Shown in pieces: positions 1-6,498 of a stretch of 7,870 nt of DNA (position 1 is its first letter; each line of letters begins with the position of its first letter). The stretch lies in the IMG/VR virus record IMGVR_UViG_2534681697_000021; one strand, given 5' to 3'. A program made the translations under genes and the position numbers. This DNA is from a virus (Duplodnaviria; Heunggongvirae; Uroviricota; Caudoviricetes). The notes under the pieces are model-generated. The model searched no databases. It was not told where the DNA came from and saw nothing but the letters and a program-made list of their open reading frames with translations.

Positions 1-108
1 TGCAGCTACACAGACACTCCCACCAGCCACGAAGTACCCAAGTTCACCAGAGCAGAACGCAAAGGCATTGACGAAGTAATTCGGGCAATTACACCGAGGG
101 AACGTTAT

Positions 109-495
109 ATGCCAACCAGAAAGAGCACAAAGAACAGCATCAAAAATTATTTGAATAACTTCGACAGCTACGAGCAACTACCAAGCAAGCTTGATGATAT
201 TTTTATTGGGTTCTGTAGAAGTGAATGTCACCCAAAATACGACAGGAAATTGTTTTATCTTCTAAAGAATCTTGACGAAATTAACACATCCAGCGTGACA
301 AATTATCTTCAAAGACAATCAACCAGACTTAGCTACGAATTACCAAGCGATAAATATTGTGCATTGCTTGCTGTAATGTGTGCAAAGCTAATTGGTATTG
401 TTGAACATCATATTGCCGTTGGGAATATTGAGCCAATGGAAAACGAGCAACCAGATTTCGAGTTTGACCCGTATTTAGTTACAGAGGAATTTTAA
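109..495 (+). CDS. hypothetical protein (128 aa from ATG109), possibly 5'-partial
   Basis: ORF with SD-like GAGGG about 8 nt upstream of ATG109. The same frame is open from window position 1 (36 sense codons, no stop), so the true start may lie upstream of the window. Acidic C-terminal tail (EQPDFEFDPYLVTEEF). No family recognised. Confidence 0.5.
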   Translation: MPTRKSTKNSIKNYLNNFDSYEQLPSKLDDIFIGFCRSECHPKYDRKLFYLLKNLDEINTSSVTNYLQRQSTRLSYELPSDKYCALLAVMCAKLIGIVEHHIAVGNIEPMENEQPDFEFDPYLVTEEF

Positions 496-708
496 ATGGA
501 AAATAAACACACATTAACCCGTATTTCAGAGGAAGCTTTTGGCGAGCTTGCCAGAATTAAACGAGCAACTAACTTACCTCACCAAACTGTTATGCATCTT
601 GCAATTGCTAAAGAAGTCACTGAGTCGGATTTACTTAAATATCCAGTCTCTAAAGGTCGTAAACACATCCGAATTACTCAGGACGCTTTAGATACTTTGA
701 AGGGATAA
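496..708 (+). CDS. hypothetical small protein (70 aa)
   Basis: ATG496 directly abuts the stop of the upstream ORF (TAA|ATG); SD AGAGGA about 8 nt upstream. Small, Lys/Arg-rich. No family recognised; a nucleic-acid-binding role is only a guess. Confidence 0.5.
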   Translation: MENKHTLTRISEEAFGELARIKRATNLPHQTVMHLAIAKEVTESDLLKYPVSKGRKHIRITQDALDTLKG

Positions 709-774
709 CGGCTTTAAAATTGATATTGCCCGTCTATTGAGTCTTAAAATTCACAAGTTGGCGATGGAGGTTTA

Positions 775-990
775 ATGCTATGCGTTACCTTTGAATACCA
801 CACGGATAAAATGATTCGCTACATCTCCGACCTCCTGATTAAAGGAAACGGATTCGGTGACATCCATAACTCAAAAGATATTTTCATTAAAGCCATTGGC
901 CCAAATGAAGCGCTGAAAACAGCAGTTAAACCGGAATGGTTTGAGCGTCACAAGATTGAATTAGGTTATTGGGGTGAGGAGGTTTTATGA
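775..990 (+). CDS. hypothetical protein (71 aa)
   Basis: SD GGAGG 5 nt upstream of ATG775; stop overlaps the start of the next ORF (ATGA at 987-990). No family recognised. Confidence 0.5.
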   Translation: MLCVTFEYHTDKMIRYISDLLIKGNGFGDIHNSKDIFIKAIGPNEALKTAVKPEWFERHKIELGYWGEEVL

Positions 991-1274
991 AACCTTGGCA
1001 TGAAGATGTTAGACGATATTTTACAGAACACCTTATCTATGATGAATCCAGTGATTCCCTGTGCTGGTCTGATGGAGAGTCAGTCACGATAAATACCGAC
1101 GACTACGGCAACAAAACATTTAATATAGGCCGATACACTTTCTACGTGAAATATGTTGTCTGGTTCCTTTATCATGGCTATCAATCCAATAAGCAAATTA
1201 TCCATCGAAATGGTAACAGAGCCGATACCAGACCAAAAAATCTTATGCAAGTCCGAGACTTTAAGAGAAATTAG
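987..1274 (+). CDS. HNH endonuclease-like protein (95 aa, minimal or truncated HNH_3-type)
   Basis: Strong SD GAGGAGG 5-6 nt upstream. Translation contains ...YTFYVKYVVWFLYHGYQSNKQIIHRNGNRADTRPKNL..., matching the His-x-(D/N)-G-N ... N-L core of phage HNH endonucleases. The protein ends about 12 residues after the motif, so it is unusually short. Confidence 0.55.
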   Translation: MKPWHEDVRRYFTEHLIYDESSDSLCWSDGESVTINTDDYGNKTFNIGRYTFYVKYVVWFLYHGYQSNKQIIHRNGNRADTRPKNLMQVRDFKRN

Positions 1275-1432
1275 AAAAACAGCTTCTCAGTCGCTCTCAA
1301 TCGCATTCTAACGCAAAAAAAACTATCTTATTTTAGGGTGGGTAATACCACTGTACAGGCTACCCCTGAAAAAGACTGTTTAGCTCGTTACAGAGCGATT
1401 GAAGAGGTCTGGTAAAAAGGAGGTTTTAGGAA

Positions 1433-1741
1433 ATGAACAATTACCCAATGCAAATTATGGTTGACCAAGAAACTATGAATTGGTTGATTGACCTGAACAG
1501 GTCAGGATTTAACGTGCATTTCATGAATTGCTTTGAAGCTTCAAGTTATATCGACAAGCGCACCATCAACGAAATTAAACTTGACGACTATGTTCACAAG
1601 CTGGAAGTGACAGACCCACACAACAAGCGCTTTATCATTGAAGAGTGCAATCGACTTGATTTAAGTCCTGAGCAATTATTGAAGCTGAATGTATTCTTGA
1701 CCTATCAGAATGAATTAAACCCTTACAGTGAGGTGATGTAA
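1433..1741 (+). CDS. hypothetical protein (102 aa)
   Basis: Strong SD AAGGAGG about 9 nt upstream of ATG1433. No family recognised. Confidence 0.5.
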   Translation: MNNYPMQIMVDQETMNWLIDLNRSGFNVHFMNCFEASSYIDKRTINEIKLDDYVHKLEVTDPHNKRFIIEECNRLDLSPEQLLKLNVFLTYQNELNPYSEVM

Positions 1742-1818
1742 TGACACTCGTTATTCTCTGGACGGCTTTAGGTATATTGTGTGGTTGCTTGGTAGGCAAC
1801 ACAGTAAATAAGAATTGA
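1741..1818 (+). CDS. putative small hydrophobic peptide (25 aa, MTLVILWTALGILCGCLVGNTVNKN)
   Basis: ATG overlaps the stop of the upstream ORF (TAATG at 1739-1743), suggesting translational coupling. One predicted transmembrane-like segment. Too short to be in the ORF track; speculative. Confidence 0.2.
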   Translation: MTLVILWTALGILCGCLVGNTVNKN

Positions 1819-2073
1819 TGTTATCAATCTGTTAAAGGCTGTTGACAAATAACCTTAGACATGAGATGATGGTAATAGGGGAGAGCAACTCTTCCTGAAT
1901 TAAACTATTAATCATCTCTACATCGATGATAACTATATTCTGAGTTGGTGAGGTATGTTCTATACCGAATATTCTGAAAGGTGCAATGCTTTTCGCCATG
2001 GCCTATTTAGCCCACACTAGATAGGCTATCTCAAAAAGTACTCTTGTTCATTCGTTTGAATCCTTTACAGATT

Positions 2074-2101
2074 GCCCTAATCATGAGTTAGGGCGTTTTT
2101 T
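2074..2101 (+). terminator. rho-independent terminator-like hairpin
   Basis: 7-bp stem GCCCTAA (2074-2080) / TTAGGGC (2088-2094), 7-nt loop, followed by GTTTTTT (2095-2101). Confidence 0.5.
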
Positions 2102-2163
2102 AAGAGTTTTTAAAGAAATTTCTTCACCAGCCCTTTATAGCGTTTTAGTTATCTAGGGCTTTT

Positions 2164-2249
2164 TCAGCTTTTAAAAAGCACACTTGGCAAACCGCCTTTT
2201 AAGTCTCTTCTAAGTTCGTAGGCTGTCAGGTGTGCTTTTTAAAAACTGA
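2164..2249. repeat. 86-bp inverted-repeat structure: 20-bp arms (1 mismatch) around a 46-bp spacer
   Basis: Left arm TCAGCTTTTAAAAAGCACAC (2164-2183); right arm GTGTGCTTTTTAAAAACTGA (2230-2249) is its reverse complement apart from one base. Lies about 30 bp upstream of the ORF at 2281. Confidence 0.8.
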
Positions 2250-2280
2250 AACATAAATTCTCTTAGAAGAGGAAAAAATA

Positions 2281-2508
2281 ATGTCTATCCGTAATGAAAA
2301 TGAAATGCTTATCGAAAACCGACCAAGTGCACTTGATATTCACGAATTAAGTTTGCGTGAATCTTTTGATAGAGCTTGGCGGGAATCACACGAAGTAAAT
2401 AAAGGTCCATATATTCCACCAGAACCACTCGAGATTCCAAGAGTTGAAATTGATTTTTCTATGAACGAACGGTGTGAACTTGATTTGAAGTTGAAGCTAC
2501 AACGCTGA
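2281..2508 (+). CDS. hypothetical protein (75 aa), possibly the 5' part of a disrupted longer gene
   Basis: SD AGAGGA about 9 nt upstream of ATG2281. The same frame stays open after the TGA at 2506-2508 for another 57 codons. Confidence 0.45.
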   Translation: MSIRNENEMLIENRPSALDIHELSLRESFDRAWRESHEVNKGPYIPPEPLEIPRVEIDFSMNERCELDLKLKLQR

Positions 2509-2541
2509 TATTTCCAAGCTATTAAAGACTCTCAAGAAGCA

Positions 2542-2906
2542 ATGAGAAGTGTTTACGAGAAAATTCAGTCCAAGCTTGAAGACGAAATTGACGAAATGGC
2601 TATTTTGATGGAGCTTCAAACCAATCCTTATGCTTATTTCTCTCGACTAGACCGTGACGGTTGGGGGATGACCCTGTAGAGATTGGTAAAGTGATTGCAG
2701 ATTTACCAGAAGGTCAAAGAGTTGTTCGTACAGAAAGAGCTGTCAGAGCACCACATCGACTGTCTCTAATTGTTGCTGATAAATCACAAGCTGAGCTGAT
2801 TAGTGACCATCAAGCGCTGGCTAAGGAGTACCGTCAAGAATTGGCACAGATTATCAGCTTCAATGATTTTCTGAGTGTTCCACGAGAATTTAGCAAGGCT
2901 GTTTGA
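2542..2906 (+). pseudogene. frameshifted hypothetical gene (frame 1 2542-2679, frame 0 2661-2906, joined at G5 run 2663-2667)
   Basis: Two overlapping ORFs in adjacent frames meet at the homopolymer GGGGG. The downstream ORF has only a TTG start and no SD, which argues against an independent gene. Removing one G fuses them into about 121 aa. Confidence 0.35.
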
Positions 2907-2929
2907 TTATGCAATATGTGAGGTGATTA

Positions 2930-3142
2930 ATGTTTGAAGAACGTTTAGAGACTATTCGGTCTGTTTGCGAAAGACTCCAGCTACAACCAAATAGACAAAA
3001 GCTACGAATTAAGAATAACCGTCATTACATCACCTCACACAAACCAAAAACACGCAAGATTCCAAAGTGGTGTATTGACCGTATTCCTTCTGATGCTCAA
3101 ATCATAGGTGAAACGGAATTACATTACCTTGTCAGACATTAA
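2930..3142 (+). CDS. hypothetical basic protein (70 aa)
   Basis: SD GAGGTGA 5 nt upstream of ATG2930; followed by a terminator hairpin. No family recognised. Confidence 0.5.
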   Translation: MFEERLETIRSVCERLQLQPNRQKLRIKNNRHYITSHKPKTRKIPKWCIDRIPSDAQIIGETELHYLVRH

Positions 3143-3164
3143 AAAGGATTGGTTGGGTAAATAC

Positions 3165-3204
3165 GGGGAGAGATTAACCTTAATTGGTTGACTCTCCCCT
3201 TTTT
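3165..3204 (+). terminator. rho-independent terminator
   Basis: 8-bp stem GGGGAGAG (3165-3172) / CTCTCCCC (3192-3199) with a 4-bp inner stem, followed by TTTTT (3200-3204). Sits just after the ORF ending at 3142. Confidence 0.6.
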
Positions 3205-3282
3205 CGTATATAAACACTTAAAGAGGTGAAAAATATGAATGAGCAAATTCACAGTTGATTCGTTTATCGTTGAGCTAGGCTT

Positions 3283-3490
3283 TGAAGTGGCACACTGAAT
3301 TTGGCCACCTGAACAGAGGTGATATGCTCACCTCAGAACAACACAGGTGCTCCAATGAAAAAAAGAAATTTTAGCGCAGAGTTTAAACGCGAATCCGCTC
3401 AACTGGTTGTTGACCAGAAATACACGGTGGCAGATGCCGCCAAAGCTATGGATGTTGGCCTTTCCACAATGACAAGATGGGTCAAACAAC
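3283..3490 (+). mobile_element. IS911 remnant, left end (IRL plus 5' part of orfA), interrupted by IS600
   Basis: Starts with TGAAGTGGCACACTGAATTTGGCCACC, recalled as an IS911-type terminus, followed by the orfA start. Left boundary is approximate. Confidence 0.55.
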
Positions 3491-3498
3491 TGAGGTAG
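3355..3498 (+). pseudogene. IS911 orfA (InsN-like) N-terminal fragment, 47 codons
   Basis: Translation [47 protein letters not shown] matches the IS911 OrfA N-terminus from memory. The frame is closed by a TAG that belongs to the IS600 left terminus. Confidence 0.75.
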
Positions 3499-3554
3499 CC
3501 TGAGTTTAACGGACACTCCTTCCTGAAATAGAATGGCATCAGAAGGAGCTAATA

Positions 3555-3857
3555 ATGAGCAGAAAAACCCAACGTTACTCTAAAGAGTTCAAAGCCGAAG
3601 CTGTCAGAACGGTTCTTGAAAATCAACTTTCGATCAGTGAAGGCGCTTCCCGATTATCCCTTCCTGAAGGCACTTTAGGACAATGGGTTACCGCCGCCAG
3701 AAAAGGGCTCGGTACTCCTGGTTCCCGCACGGTGGCTGAACTGGAATCTGAAATTCTGCAACTGCGTAAGGCGTTAAATGAAGCTCGCCTTGAGCGAGAT
3801 ATATTAAAAAAAGCAACAGCGTATTTTGCACAGGAGTCGCTGAAAAATACGCGTTAA
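3555..3857 (+). CDS. IS600 transposase OrfA (100 aa)
   Basis: SD AAGGAG about 8 nt upstream. Translation MSRKTQRYSKEFKAEAVRTVLENQ... with a leucine-zipper-like C-terminus, typical of IS3-family OrfA. Confidence 0.9.
   Translation: MSRKTQRYSKEFKAEAVRTVLENQLSISEGASRLSLPEGTLGQWVTAARKGLGTPGSRTVAELESEILQLRKALNEARLERDILKKATAYFAQESLKNTR
3806..3813 (+). promoter_or_regulatory. programmed -1 ribosomal frameshift site (A7G slippery run) of IS600 orfAB
   Basis: A AAA AAA G at 3806-3813 inside orfA. A -1 slip here enters the orfB frame and reads ...[33 protein letters not shown]... Confidence 0.6.
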
Positions 3858-3892
3858 TCGAACAATGGCGACAACAATTTCCCATTGAAGCG

Positions 3893-4711
3893 ATGTGTCA
3901 GGTATTTGGTGTATCCAGGAGCGGTTATTACAACTGGGTACAGCATGAACCCTCAGACAGAAAACAAAGTGATGAGCGGCTAAAACTGGAGATTAAGGTG
4001 GCACATATCCGCACTCGCGAAACATATGGAACCCGGCGGCTCCAGACGGAGCTGGCAGAGAATGGCATCATCGTTGGTCGTGACCGACTGGCACGTCTTC
4101 GTAAGGAGCTAAGGCTACGCTGTAAGCAGAAACGCAAGTTCAGAGCGACTACGAACCCGAACCACAATCTGCCAGTTGCGCCAAATCTGCTGAACCAGAC
4201 GTTCGCTCCTACAGCACCAAATCAGGTCTGGGTGGCGGACCTGACGTATGTTGCCACACAGGAGGGATGGTTGTACCTCGCTGGCATCAAAGATGTTTAT
4301 ACGTGCGAAATTGTCGGCTACGCCATGGGAGAGCGCATGACAAAAGAGCTGACAGGTAAAGCCCTGTTTATGGCGCTCAGGAGCCAGCGCCCACCTGCCG
4401 GGCTAATCCACCACTCTGATCGAGGTTCACAGTACTGCGCATACGATTACCGGGTCATACAGGAGCAGTTTGGTCTGAAAACATCAATGTCGCGTAAAGG
4501 TAACTGTTACGACAACGCTCCGATGGAAAGCTTCTGGGGAACGCTGAAAAATGAGAGCCTGAGCCACTATCGTTTTAATAACCGGGATGAAGCCATCTCA
4601 GTAATACGGGAATACATTGAGATTTTCTACAATCGTCAGCGTCGTCACTCTCGTCTGGGGAATATCTCCCCGGCAGCCTTCAGGGAAAAATATCATCAGA
4701 TGGCTGCTTAA
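3893..4711 (+). CDS. IS600 transposase OrfB (DDE catalytic domain), expressed as OrfAB fusion by -1 frameshift
   Basis: Coordinates are from the first ATG, but the frame is open from about 3812. It lies in the -1 frame relative to orfA. DDE motif context present: VWVADLTYV ... HHSDRGSQY ... [14 protein letters not shown]. Confidence 0.9.
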   Translation: MCQVFGVSRSGYYNWVQHEPSDRKQSDERLKLEIKVAHIRTRETYGTRRLQTELAENGIIVGRDRLARLRKELRLRCKQKRKFRATTNPNHNLPVAPNLLNQTFAPTAPNQVWVADLTYVATQEGWLYLAGIKDVYTCEIVGYAMGERMTKELTGKALFMALRSQRPPAGLIHHSDRGSQYCAYDYRVIQEQFGLKTSMSRKGNCYDNAPMESFWGTLKNESLSHYRFNNRDEAISVIREYIEIFYNRQRRHSRLGNISPAAFREKYHQMAA

Positions 4712-4754
4712 AAAAAGAACAAATGGTAGTGTCCGCTATTGCCAGTACACCTCA

Positions 4755-4999
4755 TGGAAAAACCGTCCTGAAAAACCAGACGGCAGACGGGCTGTATTAC
4801 GCAGTCAGGTACTTGAGCTACATGGCATCAGCCATGGTTCGGCCGGAGCAAGAAGCATCGCCACAATGGCAACCCGGAGAGGCTACCAGATGGGACGCTG
4901 GCTTGCTGGCAGGCTCATGAAAGAGCTGGGGCTGGTCAGCTGTCAGCAGCCGACTCACCGGTATAAACGTGGTGGTCATGAACATGTTGCTATCCCTAA
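4755..4999 (+). mobile_element. IS911 internal fragment (orfB portion), same orientation as the left IS911 remnant
   Basis: Immediately after the IS600 right end the sequence encodes [81 protein letters not shown], recalled as IS911 OrfB. The end near 4999 is approximate and marks where the translation stops resembling IS911. Confidence 0.55.
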
Positions 5000-5888
5000 A
5001 GGATTTGTTGTCGGTGACGGCAACTACCAGTATGCAGTTTCCCGCGATACGGTGGTGCCGGAAAGCGGGCAGACTGAGCCAGTCTACTGTGTGGCCACAA
5101 CGTCAGGCTCATGGGCTGTACCGGAAGGAACCGTAACGCAGGTCATTACATCGGTACCCAAAGATCAGCCTGTAAAATGCACGAACCTTACCGCAGGGAT
5201 GCCAGGTCAGGAGGCGCAAACGTGGGCATCTTACCGCGCCGAAGTCATGGAGTCCGGCATGTTTGGTGTGCAGGGAACACCGGATTGCTTTAAAGCGATG
5301 CTCAAATCAGTAAGCGGTGTGCGAGAAAACCTGATTTCTTTCCGGCAGTCGTCGCTGGGGAAATGGGTTGCGGTTGTTGGTGGCGGTGATCCGTATGATG
5401 TGGCTTATGCTATTTACAAATCTGTACCGGATATTTCGAAACTGATCAACGATGTTAGCAATCCATCTGGTGCGGCAGTGGAAAAACGCACGGTTTCAAT
5501 AACCGTTTCGCCAGATGTTTATCAGGTGCCGTTCGTTATCCCGTCATCACAAAACGTCATGGTGCTAATCACCTGGAACACTGTATCTGATGATTATGTT
5601 GATCCGGCGGGTATTGCTATGGCTGTGCAGCAAAACGTTGCTGATTACATCAATTCTATTGAAGTCGGACACCCGATAAATCTGCTGCGAATCCAGGATA
5701 TTTTTACCAGTTCCGTCAGATTGTTGGTTGATGCGACGTTGATCTCAACAATCAGTGTGAGCATTGGCATTAATGGCCATATTGTTCCTCCGGCAAAAGA
5801 CACAAGCCTGGTTTATGGCGATACCTATTCCTATTTTTCGACGGTGGCATCACAGGTTCAAGTTAACAAGTATGCAATATCTGACTGA
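5000..5888 (+). pseudogene. phage baseplate assembly protein (P2 gpJ / Mu gp47-like), 5'-truncated fragment
   Basis: About 296 codons in frame downstream of the IS911 fragment, with no own start or SD. Assigned by position (immediately upstream of the tail-fibre genes, with a 17-nt overlap onto the next gene) and a loose resemblance to baseplate-J proteins. Family assignment is tentative. Confidence 0.45.
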
Positions 5889-6498
5889 AAAAATTCTCCC
5901 TGCTTATCCGTTTGTGCAGTACAGAGATGATCCGAATGTTGTTGCGTTCTTTGATGCATACAATGAAATTGCTCAGGAATACCTCGATTCACTCAACAAT
6001 CTGGCATTGCCATGCTGGACATCGGAATCAATAACCGGGCAATTGCTGGACTGGATTGCTCTCGGGATTTATGGCGTTGAAAGGCCTTTACTACAGGTTT
6101 CCGAGGAGGCTATTGCACGCGGCGCATACGATACCATTGAATACAATACAATCCCTTATGCGGCAATGCGGAATTATGTTCCGGGGCAGGCATCGTATGT
6201 TCCGGATGATTATTTCAAGCGAATATTAACTTGGAATTTTTATAAGGCTGACGGTTCGCATTTCTGCATTGACTGGTTAAAGCGCCGTGTGGCACGGTTC
6301 ATTCATGGGAAAAACGGAATAGACCCGCCGTTGCAGCACACTTTTGATGTGAGCGTGACTGTATCGGACAGTGTTTTTTCTATTCAGATACCAGAATATG
6401 GTGATGGTATAGGCTATTTTCTGAAAGATGCCATTGACCAGAAATATGTAAAACTCCCTTTTATTTATTCCTATGCAACAACGGTGATTCAAAAATGA
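5872..6498 (+). CDS. phage tail/baseplate protein at the Mu gp48 / P2 gpI position (208 aa)
   Basis: ATG5872 ([13 protein letters not shown]...) overlaps the upstream gene by 17 nt, and its stop overlaps the next start (ATGA at 6495-6498). The gene order baseplate J - this gene - tail fibre matches Mu-like and P2-like tail modules. The longer ORF-track start at 5764 is rejected. Confidence 0.55.
   Translation: MQYLTEKILPAYPFVQYRDDPNVVAFFDAYNEIAQEYLDSLNNLALPCWTSESITGQLLDWIALGIYGVERPLLQVSEEAIARGAYDTIEYNTIPYAAMRNYVPGQASYVPDDYFKRILTWNFYKADGSHFCIDWLKRRVARFIHGKNGIDPPLQHTFDVSVTVSDSVFSIQIPEYGDGIGYFLKDAIDQKYVKLPFIYSYATTVIQK

Larger units (their letters stand above)
3491..4754 (+). mobile_element. IS600 (IS3 family), complete copy, 1264 bp
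   Basis: Imperfect terminal inverted repeats: the left end and the reverse complement of the right end both begin TGAGGT and share CGGACACT at offset 20-27. The right end is fixed exactly by comparison with the second copy at 7631 (identity stops at ...ACCTCA|). Contains orfA/orfB with an A7G slippery site. The length matches my recollection of IS600. Confidence 0.85.

Noticed and set aside
1842-1871. Sigma-70 promoter from TTGACA at 1842-1847
   Set aside because: No acceptable -10 hexamer at 16-18 bp spacing (GATGAT or ATGATG); TAATAG lies 25 bp away.
2661-2906. Independent 81-aa gene starting at TTG2661
   Set aside because: TTG start with no SD, and it overlaps an upstream ORF at a G5 homopolymer; a frameshifted single gene is more likely.
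1-3282. Naming a specific known system (retron, Abi, restriction-modification, BREX)
   Set aside because: No ORF is large enough for a reverse transcriptase, methyltransferase or ATPase, and no signature motifs were seen. The cluster is left as unknown rather than given a speculative name.
3328-5293. ORFs 3328-3516 (-), 3688-3885 (-), 3928-4167 (-), 4723-4920 (+) and 5111-5293 (+)
   Set aside because: Alternative-frame or antisense ORFs inside IS911, IS600 or the baseplate fragment; none has a start context and the transposase frames explain the region.
4617-5888. 423-aa ORF as a single genuine gene
   Set aside because: Its start lies inside IS600 orfB in another frame and it crosses two element boundaries (4754/4755 and about 4999). 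Treated instead as an IS911 fragment plus a 5'-truncated baseplate gene.
5764-6498. Longer 244-aa version of the gp48/gpI-position gene starting at ATG5764
   Set aside because: It would overlap the upstream gene by 125 nt. The internal ATG5872 gives a 17-nt overlap typical of coupled phage tail genes.
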